The notes beneath the pieces were generated by a model. That model made no database searches and had not been told where the DNA came from. It worked only from the letters and a program-made list of their open reading frames with translations. A stretch of DNA of 64,000 nt, taken from the IMG/VR virus record IMGVR_UViG_3300027759_003844, positions 32,001-96,000 of that record, one strand, 5' to 3'. The position numbers and the translations under genes are program-made. The DNA comes from a virus (Duplodnaviria; Caudoviricetes). How positions within the stretch are numbered: position 1 is the stretch's first letter; every line of letters starts with the position of its first letter. Positions 9,418 through 19,356 of this stretch are shown piece by piece.

Positions 9418-12400
9418 TAGGCTACTACTTTCACCAAGTTTTTTCGCTCTATATAATTATCTATATTGATGATGGAAGAATCAGACTCTACTTTGTACGA
9501 GTCCATGCGAGTCAGTGTTTGCTTTTCTTCAATCTTTGAAAGCCTTGCTGCATACCACTGCCCTTGCTTTATCACACCCTTAAGCTTTGCATAAGGTCTT
9601 GGGAAAATAACAACTTTAAAGATTTCCTTACCATCCCAGCAATAAAGGTTAGCCATTGTTTTATCTTTAGAAGTTGTGAAGACTCTAGAGTGCATTACAT
9701 ACATCAATGTCTTTTCATCACCAACATAACCCAACCCAGTTTCATGTAGCCAGTTATATTCATGGTCATCACCCTTTTGTCTAAGAGTAATAAACTTATG
9801 TAAGTCAGTGTCAATGAAATTATATGCATCACAGAACGAATGTAGTGTTCTATCCCCGATCAAAGCATAAACATAATCTCTATTCGCCATTTCAGTATTC
9901 CTGTCAGCGAATACAGTAGCTGACCCCGAGAAGTCTTCAAATTCAATTCTTAGATATTGCGGAGTCTTTTTCGTTGATCGCACAATTGCTTTAATAAGCG
10001 TCAATGGAGAATTTATTTCATGGAACTCAGAAAGATTGCCTACGAACTCATCCATCTCATTATTCTCTTCACCCGATTTAATAGAGAAACCAAGAACTGG
10101 CAGATAGTAACGCTCATGCTCGTATTGAGAAATATGATTCATTGAAACATACGCCCCAACTTTCTCAAGATTAAGACGGAGAGGCGCTTTGACAGCAGAC
10201 TTAGAACACTTATTATTAAACTCATCTAAGCAAGTAAATGGTCTCTTAGTTAGAATTTCCTTAATTGCAGAAGCACCACAGCCAGCGACATTCGTTAAAC
10301 CAAACCTAATAGCATCAAGCCCTGTTCGGCTGTCAGTTGTAAAGTATTCTTCGGAATAGTTTACATCTGGAGGAAGAATTGCAATACCTAGACGCTGGGC
10401 TTCCATAAGGTACGCAGTGATCTTTTCAGTAGAATCTTCATTATATAGTAATGACCAGATGAACTCTAGAGGGTAGTTTACCTTTAACCACATGGTCTGA
10501 TAGGACAGCATTGAGTAGGCTACAGCATGAGATTTATTGAACATATATAGAGCTGACATTTCAAACTCAGCCCACATTTTCCTTGCCTCTGCTTTTGGAA
10601 TGATTGCATTATTGACAAACTTATCTTTAAAATCTTTAAATTCACTGATGTCTCTTTTCTTTCCAATAATCTTTCTTAGCTTATCTGCATCTGACCAAGT
10701 GAAACCCGAAATCAACACAGACATCTGCATCAATTGCTCTTGGAAAATGACAGTACCATATGTTTCTTTTAATATTTCTTCAACGGACTTGTCAGGATAA
10801 TACGGTTGAGTAAATCCCTTCTTGCAATCAATATACTTCTGACCTTGCGATAACAAGGCTCCTGGTCTTACCAGAGCGTTACTTACTACAAGATCGCTAA
10901 AGTTATCAATACCCATTCTTTCAATTAGATTACGATAAGCTGCTGCATCGGTTTGGAAAACTCCAACGGTGTTGCCTTTATTAAAGTTTTCAAACACAAT
11001 AGGGTCATCTAGAGCCAATGATTGAGCCTCTACATCAATGCCTAGACGCTCTGTAACCTTCGCTAAGCAATCTTTAATCACAGATACGGTCTTTAGACCA
11101 AGAATATCTATTTTAATCAACCCAACAGCCTCTGCATCAGTCATATCAAATGCAGTAACGGTTGTTCGCTCTCCACCATCAGTTTCTTTTCTTGTTTCAA
11201 TAGGACAAACTTCGTTCAATGGAACAGACGATACAACCATACCTGCAGCATGGATTCCAACATTTCTAATTCTACCTTCAAGCCTTGTAGCCAGCTTAGG
11301 CACATCAGGATACTTGTTACAGAAAATCTTACCCTTGGGTGACTCAATTAACTCTTCAATTGTTTCAAAAAATGGAGTGATATTGTTAGTCTCTTCGTAA
11401 GAAACTTGCAATACTCTAGCAACATCTTTCACTACTGACTTAGGCTTGAATGTACCATAAGTAGTAATTGCAGCAACATGGTCTTTACCCCATCTATTCC
11501 TAAGATATTCTTTAACTTCGTTTCTTCTCTTATCCTCAAAGTCCAAGTCAATATCTGGATAGTCGTTACGCTCAGGGTTGATGAAGCGAGCGAATAGTAA
11601 ATTATATTTAATCGGGTCAACTTTAGAAATGTTCAATAGATAGGCAAGCAAGCTTCCACCTACAGAACCTCTACCAGTCCCACGACCAACATTGTTAGCG
11701 TCAGCCCAGGATGTTAGATCCCAAACAATAAGGAAATAATCAGCAAAGCCGAGTTGTTTAATAATTCCAAGTTCCTCGTCAAGTCTTACCTTGTATTCTT
11801 CACCTAAACCAAGTTCCTTCAGTCTAAACTCAGTCATCTCTCGTAGGTACTCATCTGAATTTAATGACTTTAGATATTTAGGGAGCAGATTTCTACGCTT
11901 GGTAATCTCGGCACTGCATTTGCTCGCTACCTCAATTGTATTTTCAAGAATGTCTGGTCTATCATAACCAGCATCTTTAAACCATGACAGTACCGTTTCT
12001 GCATTTGCAACATACGGATTAATATCATCAAAGCGCAAATTTCTTTCAGGATAAAGATGATTTACCTTTTCAAGAAGGTCATTACCACACTTGTGAAGCG
12101 TAGTAGCGTTTTCTTTAGCAAGATTAGTAATAGAAGCCCCGAGACTAGGGTACTGCGAAATGAGAAGCAGAACCTCTTCACAAGCTTTATCAGCGTGTGT
12201 TGGGAAATGGCAGTCAGCAGTCGCTACAGCCTTCTTATTAAAAGCCTTAGACAAATCTAATAGCCCATCATTAATCTCTTTAGGGTTCCACGCTTGTAAT
12301 TCAAAATAGAAATCATCTTTAAAGATTTTAGTAAATCTATCTGCCAACATTTCTGCACGACCAGTATTGCCAGCCTCAATCGCTTTAGCAATAGAGCTTC

Positions 12401-12815
12401 CTCTACAGCCCGACAATGAAACAATATCGTCATCCACCATACTCTCTAGTAAATCAAAATCAATTCTAGGCTTATAATAAAAATTGTCTTGCCATGATAT
12501 TTGTGATAATTTAAAAAGCTTCTTTAGCCCAGCATCATTTTTTGCAAGAAGGATTAAGTGAAAACGCTCATGCTTCCCATCACCATCGTCTTTAACAGAA
12601 GGTACAAAATACGCTTCAACGCCAAATATAGGTCGCACTGCATGCTTCTTACACGCATCCTGAAAACGGAGAACGCCTGCCATTGTTCCGTGATCTGTGA
12701 GTGCTGCTGCAAATTGCCCATTCGTGCTAGAAATTTGTGCGATCTCTTCAGGAGTAGACATCCCATCCAGTAGCGAGTGTTCGCTATGGCAATGAAGGTG
12801 AACAAACTCTGTCAC
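9417..12815 (-). CDS. dnaE: DNA polymerase III alpha subunit (C family)
   Basis: PHP HLHCHSEHSLLDG/TDHG, GRGS, PDIDLD, KIDILGL, FNKSHA. Confidence 0.95.
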   Translation of the reverse strand: MTEFVHLHCHSEHSLLDGMSTPEEIAQISSTNGQFAAALTDHGTMAGVLRFQDACKKHAVRPIFGVEAYFVPSVKDDGDGKHERFHLILLAKNDAGLKKLFKLSQISWQDNFYYKPRIDFDLLESMVDDDIVSLSGCRGSSIAKAIEAGNTGRAEMLADRFTKIFKDDFYFELQAWNPKEINDGLLDLSKAFNKKAVATADCHFPTHADKACEEVLLLISQYPSLGASITNLAKENATTLHKCGNDLLEKVNHLYPERNLRFDDINPYVANAETVLSWFKDAGYDRPDILENTIEVASKCSAEITKRRNLLPKYLKSLNSDEYLREMTEFRLKELGLGEEYKVRLDEELGIIKQLGFADYFLIVWDLTSWADANNVGRGTGRGSVGGSLLAYLLNISKVDPIKYNLLFARFINPERNDYPDIDLDFEDKRRNEVKEYLRNRWGKDHVAAITTYGTFKPKSVVKDVARVLQVSYEETNNITPFFETIEELIESPKGKIFCNKYPDVPKLATRLEGRIRNVGIHAAGMVVSSVPLNEVCPIETRKETDGGERTTVTAFDMTDAEAVGLIKIDILGLKTVSVIKDCLAKVTERLGIDVEAQSLALDDPIVFENFNKGNTVGVFQTDAAAYRNLIERMGIDNFSDLVVSNALVRPGALLSQGQKYIDCKKGFTQPYYPDKSVEEILKETYGTVIFQEQLMQMSVLISGFTWSDADKLRKIIGKKRDISEFKDFKDKFVNNAIIPKAEARKMWAEFEMSALYMFNKSHAVAYSMLSYQTMWLKVNYPLEFIWSLLYNEDSTEKITAYLMEAQRLGIAILPPDVNYSEEYFTTDSRTGLDAIRFGLTNVAGCGASAIKEILTKRPFTCLDEFNNKCSKSAVKAPLRLNLEKVGAYVSMNHISQYEHERYYLPVLGFSIKSGEENNEMDEFVGNLSEFHEINSPLTLIKAIVRSTKKTPQYLRIEFEDFSGSATVFADRNTEMANRDYVYALIGDRTLHSFCDAYNFIDTDLHKFITLRQKGDDHEYNWLHETGLGYVGDEKTLMYVMHSRVFTTSKDKTMANLYCWDGKEIFKVVIFPRPYAKLKGVIKQGQWYAARLSKIEEKQTLTRMDSYKVESDSSIINIDNYIERKNLVKVVA

Positions 12816-13340
12816 TTAAATCTCCAGTTCGTAAAGTGAATCAATACAAGGTAAATCATTCCAGAACTGCTTATTGTACCATGCCTTGCGCAAGTAACAG
12901 TTGATTCCATTATCTCTTAATGAAATTACTTCATTCGGATTATCCTCAACCACAAATACTGGGTTGATTTCAGAAATAATTTCATGCTTAGCATGCATCT
13001 TAGCAAACTTTGGTCTTAATGTATTTATACGCCAATCATCCAGCCAAGGCTCTACGGACCTGACAGATGCTTCAGTTCTTCTTGCAGTTACTATATGCAC
13101 ATCAATGCCATCAGAGAACCATTTATTAACCTGATACCAAGCATCTTCAAATGGTTTTAGGTTCTTCCAAAACAGTTCATTTGAAAATAACTTTAAGGCT
13201 TCTTTATCTTTTGTGTCTGTAGTAAACCAACTTGAATAATCTTCCTGTACCCCGCAAACATAATGCAAGTAGTCAGAAACGGCTGTGTCTATGTCAGCAA
13301 TGACACCATCAAGGTCTAAAACAATAGAATTATTTTTCAT
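12816..13340 (-). CDS. HAD-family 5'(3')-nucleotidase-like phosphatase
   Basis: LDLDGV, IVTAR, VEDN. Confidence 0.75.
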   Translation of the reverse strand: MKNNSIVLDLDGVIADIDTAVSDYLHYVCGVQEDYSSWFTTDTKDKEALKLFSNELFWKNLKPFEDAWYQVNKWFSDGIDVHIVTARRTEASVRSVEPWLDDWRINTLRPKFAKMHAKHEIISEINPVFVVEDNPNEVISLRDNGINCYLRKAWYNKQFWNDLPCIDSLYELEI

Positions 13341-13354
13341 ATATTCCTTTTGTT

Positions 13355-13379
13355 AAAGGGCAGGGGTTTCCCCCTGCCC
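13355..13379 (-). terminator. GC-rich hairpin after the SSB gene (weak intrinsic terminator or mRNA stabiliser)
   Basis: Minus strand GGGCAGGGG-GAAA-CCCCTGCCC followed by TTT. Confidence 0.65.
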
Positions 13380-13391
13380 GATGAATAACAA

Positions 13392-14039
13392 TCACCAAGA
13401 GTCTTTGTTAAGCTCTCCAGTAGTGAGGAATATTTGTTGCTTCTCATAAGAGAGTGTCATGTAAACACTTTCCAAATCATGCATTGGCAATTCTTTAACT
13501 GCCTTTGGCATTTCAGAAACATTCAAAGGAATTAGGCTATAGTTTGTGTCAGATGCTGACGATCCAGTTCGTGAATACTTATACTCACGGTCTGTGATTG
13601 TGCCAAACTCTTTAGCATATTCAATCAAAGTTAAACCAACATGTCGTTGATTAAATGTAGTGTCAAGAATTCGTGGTTCCCAAACTCCTGGCTCTACTTC
13701 TACTACAATGTTGATTAGCAAGTGTGGCTTAGGCTTCCAAGCCTTGTCTGTAACTGATTGCTCAGTTGCCCAACAACGATAGTTAAACTTCTCAAACGAA
13801 GCGGTGGAGGCTACTCTCCACTTCCAGTTAACTGGCGATGTAACAACTGGTACTGAAATACCCGTACCGATCTCTTCATTATAATTACTTGCATCTTCGG
13901 TAAGCTCTTGGCGAAACCGAATCTTGAAAGAATCTCCTGATTGAAGAGTAAAGTATTTCTTAACTCCTTTCCCTGTACCCTGTGCAGGAATAACTGCTTT
14001 TTCAAGGTCTTTTAATGTTTTGATTGATGTAAATGACAT
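13392..14039 (-). CDS. Putative single-stranded DNA-binding protein
   Basis: KIRFRQE, YKYSRTGSSASDTNYSL, acidic/aromatic tail DSW; lies between primase and polymerase. Confidence 0.65.
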   Translation of the reverse strand: MSFTSIKTLKDLEKAVIPAQGTGKGVKKYFTLQSGDSFKIRFRQELTEDASNYNEEIGTGISVPVVTSPVNWKWRVASTASFEKFNYRCWATEQSVTDKAWKPKPHLLINIVVEVEPGVWEPRILDTTFNQRHVGLTLIEYAKEFGTITDREYKYSRTGSSASDTNYSLIPLNVSEMPKAVKELPMHDLESVYMTLSYEKQQIFLTTGELNKDSW

Positions 14040-14047
14040 ATTGTCTC

Positions 14048-14950
14048 CTATATGATTAATTGTTTGTTTGTGATACTGTCTTTTATTTGTTGTATATCCA
14101 TTTCCCCAGGATCTTTATAACCCTCGGGAATCTGTGCTGCGTACAGTTCTTTACCGCAACAAGATTTTATTATAGCACCTTTCATAGCCTGTCCTGCGTC
14201 ATCATTGTCAGAAAATATAATTATTCTGTCAAAGTACTTTTTTAGCATTGTGACTTGTTGAGGTGAAACTTGAGCTCCTAGCGATGCAACAACATTGGGG
14301 TATCCAGCCTCATGCACTTTCATTGCATCAACACTTCCTTCTACTATTATAACATCACTATAGTTCTTGGCATTCTGTATATTGAACAACACTATGGCTC
14401 TCTTGAACCCAGTATTATAAAGATACCTTGGCTCTTGGTCGCTACTTATCGCCCTACCAATTAACCCAACAACCTTATATTGCGGATTTCTTACTGGAAT
14501 AACAATCCTATTTTTACCTTTAGAGAAGCCCACTTCAAAATGCGACAATGTGTCTAGCGAAAGACCACGCTCTACAAAAGGTAGCAATACTTGCTTGATA
14601 TTATCGCTATCATAATCAAGAGCAATACTGTCTAAAGTAATTTCTTTTTCTGGAACAATCGGTCTGAACGCCCGATCAAGTTCATTCCTTAATGCCGAAG
14701 GGTCAAGCTTTACTTCACGACCATAAGACTTGCCTGTAATTTGTCGGTATAGTTTTTTGAAATTACCCTTTTCACCACAGGATGGATTGAAACACTGCCA
14801 TAGTCCAGTCTTTTTGTTTAAATAGAAAGAAGGCGTATTCCTGTTTTTATGAAACGGACAATAAAATGTAATTTCATTACCCGACTCAGTATGAACATGG
14901 ATACCAAATTTTTGGAGGAGATCCTTGATTTCAGTTTCTAAGTTCATCAT
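14048..14950 (-). CDS. dnaG: DNA primase (CHC2 Zn finger + Toprim)
   Basis: CPFH...CFNPSC, IVEGSVD, DNDDAG; start reassigned to 14950. Confidence 0.9.
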   Translation of the reverse strand: MMNLETEIKDLLQKFGIHVHTESGNEITFYCPFHKNRNTPSFYLNKKTGLWQCFNPSCGEKGNFKKLYRQITGKSYGREVKLDPSALRNELDRAFRPIVPEKEITLDSIALDYDSDNIKQVLLPFVERGLSLDTLSHFEVGFSKGKNRIVIPVRNPQYKVVGLIGRAISSDQEPRYLYNTGFKRAIVLFNIQNAKNYSDVIIVEGSVDAMKVHEAGYPNVVASLGAQVSPQQVTMLKKYFDRIIIFSDNDDAGQAMKGAIIKSCCGKELYAAQIPEGYKDPGEMDIQQIKDSITNKQLII

Positions 14951-15128
14951 CAAAAACGATTGAGAATGAAAATATGTTTGCTTCTTTATCATAGTCAGTA
15001 ATCAACTTTGTCTTTCCTGTAAAACCATACTTTGCCCTTGCTTCATCTTCCATCCAAGGTCTTAGTTTTGCAATTGTTTCTATATCTTTTGCAGTACCTG
15101 ATATTTTAGCATCAATTAAATGTCCCAT
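14931..15128 (-). CDS. Hypothetical protein
   Basis: Short ORF overlapping helicase and primase ends; likely start MGHLID. Confidence 0.6.
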   Translation of the reverse strand: MGHLIDAKISGTAKDIETIAKLRPWMEDEARAKYGFTGKTKLITDYDKEANIFSFSIVFDDELRN

Positions 15129-16333
15129 TCTTCTGCCCACTTTCCAGTCTCTAGATTCCATCTAAGATAAAAACCAAAATGCCCAGCTCTTCTAACCTTG
15201 CGTGACACAACCTGAAACACATCTGAAGAAGGTTCACGATGGATAGCTAACACAAGGTCGGCATCATAAGCTAACTGCTTACTCCATGCGACCTCTTCCA
15301 ATTCGGGCGGTCTCTCAGAGTGCCCCTCAGCCATTGTAACTGCTGCAACATCTATGATAGGGATGTTGTTCTTCACAGCCATGCGCTTAAACGCTTTAGA
15401 GAGGTTCTTAGCCTTCTCTGTTTCAGTTTTAGCACCACTAGAATCATCAAACAAGCCGTGGTAATCAAGAATTACCATATCTGGGTGATACTGATCAATC
15501 TTAGCCTGCACCATGTTCTGGTCTGCTGTTTCAAGACCTTCCGATGTTACAAGGTGGATGGCATGCTTGCCAGTGAAAGTAGCCTCTGCCCACTTCTCAT
15601 ACTTGTCTACGATAGCAGGGTTGGCTCGTACTAGATCGCTATTGGTGAAGTTACCCTCGCCGTTGTTTAGCAAAGTGTCTAGTCTTTGACCTTCCTGCAT
15701 CTTATTCATTTCAAGTGAAATGATCAATGGTCTATACCCTGCCTTCCAAGCATTAACTGCAAACAATCTTGCAATAAATGATTTTCCAACACCAGTCCAA
15801 CCAAGAAGAACAATAAAGTCTCCAGGTTGCCAACCACCAAATGTTTTATCAATTACATGGATACCACTTGGCACACCTTGCAATTCATCACCACCACGGA
15901 GGGCTCTTTCTCTTAAACTATCTGCTCTTTCTTTCCAGTCACCAGCCAAGTCTGTATCTTTAAGGCTACTGGAGAACTTGTACAGCCGAGATGTTTCTTC
16001 CATGAGAAAAGAGAGCGATTCTTTTGGACCTAACTCCCCAAGTATTGAGTGAGCTTTGGAAACAATAGTTCTTGTTTGATATGATAATGATTCTCGCTTT
16101 GCATCATCAAGATAATACTTCAAAGGCTCAGGAGTAGCGACAAACTCAAAGTCTGGGTGGTGATGCTTTACAGTATCCTTAGACGGAACCTTCTTATGTT
16201 CGTCAAAGTGACTGATAACAAAGTTCCAAATATCCCGATACTCAACAAACACATTTTCCGCACCTGCGTTTACTGCCTCGGCATAACCATCTTGATCAAT
16301 AATGCAGTTGAGTAATCTAATCTCATAGTTCAT
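15116..16333 (-). CDS. dnaB: DnaB-like replicative helicase
   Basis: GWTGVGKS, SLEM, ILDY, DADLVL. Confidence 0.9.
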   Translation of the reverse strand: MNYEIRLLNCIIDQDGYAEAVNAGAENVFVEYRDIWNFVISHFDEHKKVPSKDTVKHHHPDFEFVATPEPLKYYLDDAKRESLSYQTRTIVSKAHSILGELGPKESLSFLMEETSRLYKFSSSLKDTDLAGDWKERADSLRERALRGGDELQGVPSGIHVIDKTFGGWQPGDFIVLLGWTGVGKSFIARLFAVNAWKAGYRPLIISLEMNKMQEGQRLDTLLNNGEGNFTNSDLVRANPAIVDKYEKWAEATFTGKHAIHLVTSEGLETADQNMVQAKIDQYHPDMVILDYHGLFDDSSGAKTETEKAKNLSKAFKRMAVKNNIPIIDVAAVTMAEGHSERPPELEEVAWSKQLAYDADLVLAIHREPSSDVFQVVSRKVRRAGHFGFYLRWNLETGKWAEEWDI

Positions 16334-16635
16334 TCAGATTCCATTCTCTTTTTGGTTTGTTCTACTATTTCTTTAAAAGCGTTGACAGACTTAGATTCAA
16401 ATTTTGTTTTATCAACATATGATCTTGATTCTATCGCAAAATCAAATACCAAGAATGGTCCAGTCTTTGATTTTATAAATAATTGCACCGCATTGAACAA
16501 CTCTTCTTTTTTATAAAATTCAGCTAATGCGTCTGCAACAGATTCCTGTCTTGGAGAATCTGGAATAAAAAGCTTATTTGACTTTTTGCAAGATTCCTTG
16601 AAGAATTTTATTAGTTCTAGACCAGTTACTTCCAT
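16330..16635 (-). CDS. Hypothetical protein
   Basis: 101-aa ORF, ATGA overlap with helicase. Confidence 0.65.
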   Translation of the reverse strand: MEVTGLELIKFFKESCKKSNKLFIPDSPRQESVADALAEFYKKEELFNAVQLFIKSKTGPFLVFDFAIESRSYVDKTKFESKSVNAFKEIVEQTKKRMESE

Positions 16636-16873
16636 TAGATTTCTTTGACTCCTTCCAAGTAAGCATTAGGAAATCATACTCTGATATCCCTGCATTAACT
16701 CCGACATAAGGTTTATTTTCCCATGCATTCAAGAAACATTCTACTCTTACTTTGCATTGTGAACAGCCGTGCTTGGCGTATTGTACATCTTCAATATCAT
16801 ACGATAGCCAAGCAATTGGCTGTTCATCATTTGCACAAACTGCAATTACTCGCCAATCACTTTGGGCTTTCAT
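16574..16873 (-). CDS. whiB: Divergent WhiB-family transcription factor
   Basis: W-x5-C-x23-C-x2-C-x5-C, with GVNAG at the G(V/I)WGG position. Confidence 0.75.
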   Translation of the reverse strand: MKAQSDWRVIAVCANDEQPIAWLSYDIEDVQYAKHGCSQCKVRVECFLNAWENKPYVGVNAGISEYDFLMLTWKESKKSNGSNWSRTNKILQGILQKVK

Positions 16874-17069
16874 TATCTAGTTCTTGCAACTTGGCTTCAA
16901 TCTGGGAATCAATTGAAGCCCAAACCTTCGCCCATGCTTCAGGGTCGTTAGGATCTGATGCCTGCGTTCGTGCGCCTGCATCAAGCCTTAGTGATTCATA
17001 ATTACCAAGATTCTTGGTAATACCCAATGAAGCCCAAATTTCTGTGCCTTTTTCTTTATCTGTTGTCAT
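16857..17069 (-). CDS. Conserved phage hypothetical protein
   Basis: TKNLGNYESLRLD motif. Confidence 0.7.
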   Translation of the reverse strand: MTTDKEKGTEIWASLGITKNLGNYESLRLDAGARTQASDPNDPEAWAKVWASIDSQIEAKLQELDNESPK

Positions 17070-17076
17070 AACATCC

Positions 17077-17511
17077 TCATCTATGAAGTTTGATTTTTTG
17101 ATCTAATAACTTTATTTTATTACTAACCCCAATACTACTTTGAGTAATGGGGCGACCTTGTGTTCTTTGATTGAAAAATTCAACCATTTCATATACTGCA
17201 CTCTCATCATAATACCTCCAGTTAGAATAGCCTGGATATTCATCTCCAAACTTACTAGCGGAAGGAATTAAATTCTTTCTTTCGTATTTCCTAAGAGTGT
17301 CAGGTCTACGCTCAACAATCTTAGCAACTTCACCAACAGTATACAACCTTATAATTAAAATTTCCGATTGCTCATATGGAATTGTTATAATTTCTTTGTT
17401 GGTTAGTTTTTCAATAAAAATTTTATTCTTGGGCTTAGAAATCTTTTTAATTTTGACAATAGACCCAGCGTACTTATAAAATTTATTTGCGATTGGTTTC
17501 TTGGATATCAT
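17077..17511 (-). CDS. MerR-family HTH protein
   Basis: YTVGEVAKIVERRPDTLRKYERKNLIP...WRYY. Confidence 0.85.
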   Translation of the reverse strand: MISKKPIANKFYKYAGSIVKIKKISKPKNKIFIEKLTNKEIITIPYEQSEILIIRLYTVGEVAKIVERRPDTLRKYERKNLIPSASKFGDEYPGYSNWRYYDESAVYEMVEFFNQRTQGRPITQSSIGVSNKIKLLDQKIKLHR

Positions 17512-17701
17512 GGCGTTCCTCCACAGTTTTGAAATTCAAATACCGCAATACTTTATTTAACTTTTTGACTTCTACATCAATTGATGTAGCACATCTCAAG
17601 CAAGTCAGGTCAATATAGTTTTTCTGGAAAGCATAATACTGCTGACCAGTAAACATACGCCCAGCACAATGCTGACAATAGATACCAGTAGCTTTTACCA
17701 T
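17483..17701 (-). CDS. Zinc-ribbon protein
   Basis: CQHCAGRM...TCLRC. Confidence 0.65.
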   Translation of the reverse strand: MVKATGIYCQHCAGRMFTGQQYYAFQKNYIDLTCLRCATSIDVEVKKLNKVLRYLNFKTVEERHDIQETNRK

Positions 17702-17702
17702 A

Positions 17703-18869
17703 TTAGTTTAACCAGCAGTTATACTCGGCTGTAACGATACCATTCTCAGGATGTACGAAATACAGTGACTGAGATGGTCTACCAGCAGCAGCAAGGACTT
17801 CTGCAGCATATGTATTAACTGACTCGGGGCTACCTGAAATTCTTAACTGAACAGTGTTGAATGTCATCTTGGTAGGAGTATGGAAGTGACCAATGAAGAT
17901 ATCATCAAAATCTTCATCCAATGCCCCGATCTTCCAGCCATACGCTTTCTTTTGGAAAGAGTGGAAGGCTGACAAACTACCGAATTGATCACCGTGACAA
18001 AGCATTGCTTTGTAGTTACCGATTGTATCAACGGCGTACCAATGTCTTTCACCACGACCATCAGGAATCTTAAACTCAACACGCTTTTCTTTTTCAAACA
18101 TTAATTGAGTAATACGATAAAGCATTCTGTCACCATTAGTCTCAGGGTCATGGTCTCGTCTTGCACGACCACCGATAGAACCATGATTACCAATAACACC
18201 AACAAATGTTACCTTCTCAAAATTTTCCAACATCTTGTTGATAAAATTCTTCATGATGCGTGGACCATCAACAGTAATTTGTCTATACAAACCACCATCA
18301 ACTAAGAATGATTGACCTGGAAAGATTAACTCACCTTCAATAATATCTCCTAAAGCCCAAATTCTAAGTTCCTTTACAGGGTGATCTTTTCTTTGGATTT
18401 CTGTAAGTTGGATTACCTTCTCAGCAAAAAGCTCAATGCGCTCTTCGCAAACTTTAGAGTTATAGTCAGGGGTGACTTTAGCAAGTTGCCAGTCTGCTAG
18501 AACTGCAACAGCGACTTCTTCGCCCTTGGTTTTTCTATCAAGCTTTGGCTTGTTTACTGGTACATACTTAACTGTTTCAATATCTTCTTTTACAGCACGA
18601 TAGATAGCACCAGCTAGATCATCACTCTTTGTTTTCAACTTTGTGTATTCGCTAAGAAGCTTGTTATAAGAAAGCCTCAATTCACTATCGCTTGACGGAA
18701 TTGCTCCAGTCAATGGGTCTGGTTGAATATCAAACAATCCATTATCCCTTCTATGTTTACATAATCCATTAACATCTATTGATTGACGACATAACTTGTC
18801 AGCGTATTTATGATTCGCTGTTTGTGGTTCAAACTCTATTCCACAACCTTCACCTGCACAAACTTTCAT
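17703..18869 (-). CDS. Calcineurin-like metallophosphoesterase with N-terminal Zn-binding and coiled-coil region
   Basis: DWQ, LGD, GNHG, HGD, GHFH; start at MKVCAG after an AAGGAG RBS. Confidence 0.8.
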   Translation of the reverse strand: MKVCAGEGCGIEFEPQTANHKYADKLCRQSIDVNGLCKHRRDNGLFDIQPDPLTGAIPSSDSELRLSYNKLLSEYTKLKTKSDDLAGAIYRAVKEDIETVKYVPVNKPKLDRKTKGEEVAVAVLADWQLAKVTPDYNSKVCEERIELFAEKVIQLTEIQRKDHPVKELRIWALGDIIEGELIFPGQSFLVDGGLYRQITVDGPRIMKNFINKMLENFEKVTFVGVIGNHGSIGGRARRDHDPETNGDRMLYRITQLMFEKEKRVEFKIPDGRGERHWYAVDTIGNYKAMLCHGDQFGSLSAFHSFQKKAYGWKIGALDEDFDDIFIGHFHTPTKMTFNTVQLRISGSPESVNTYAAEVLAAAGRPSQSLYFVHPENGIVTAEYNCWLN

Positions 18870-18921
18870 AAGGACTCCTTTGGGTTCTTTACAGCATATC
18901 ATAAGGATATACTAAAAGTTG

Positions 18922-19347
18922 CTACGGGAGTCTTTTTTTAATAATTATAGCTTTTGATGCATTTTTCTTTTTAGTGTGAGGTTTTACTTTGTTAGCAGTT
19001 TCCCTCATTTTAGCACGATGAGTATCCGACATCTTATTCCCCTCTTTATGCAAGGCGCTATGCTCTTGAGGAGTACACAAAAATAAATTAGATAAACGAT
19101 TATCTACCTTGATTTCATTAATGTGATGGACAGTTTCCCACGGCTGAAGATACCTGCCCAAGTATTGCTCAATTACAAGCCTATGCTCATAAGTATAACC
19201 ACGAATGTTCTTAGGGTGATCTGGTTTTAAAACCCGAACATACCCCTTATCGTCAATATATTTTCCACCGTTGTAATTAGGACTGTCCTCTCCAGAAAGA
19301 AATTTGGTTGACCAGTCAATGTCTTTTCTTTTAGAAGCTAAACCCAT
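18922..19347 (-). CDS. HNH endonuclease with NUMOD3-like tail (possible homing endonuclease)
   Basis: EHRLV...VHHINEIKVDNRLSNL...H; KMSDTHRAKM. Confidence 0.85.
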   Translation of the reverse strand: MGLASKRKDIDWSTKFLSGEDSPNYNGGKYIDDKGYVRVLKPDHPKNIRGYTYEHRLVIEQYLGRYLQPWETVHHINEIKVDNRLSNLFLCTPQEHSALHKEGNKMSDTHRAKMRETANKVKPHTKKKNASKAIIIKKRLP

Positions 19348-19356
19348 TTTATTGTA

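Noticed and set aside
9417-16333. Inteins or introns in dnaE, primase or helicase
   Set aside because: Lengths are normal, ORFs are uninterrupted, and no splicing motifs were seen
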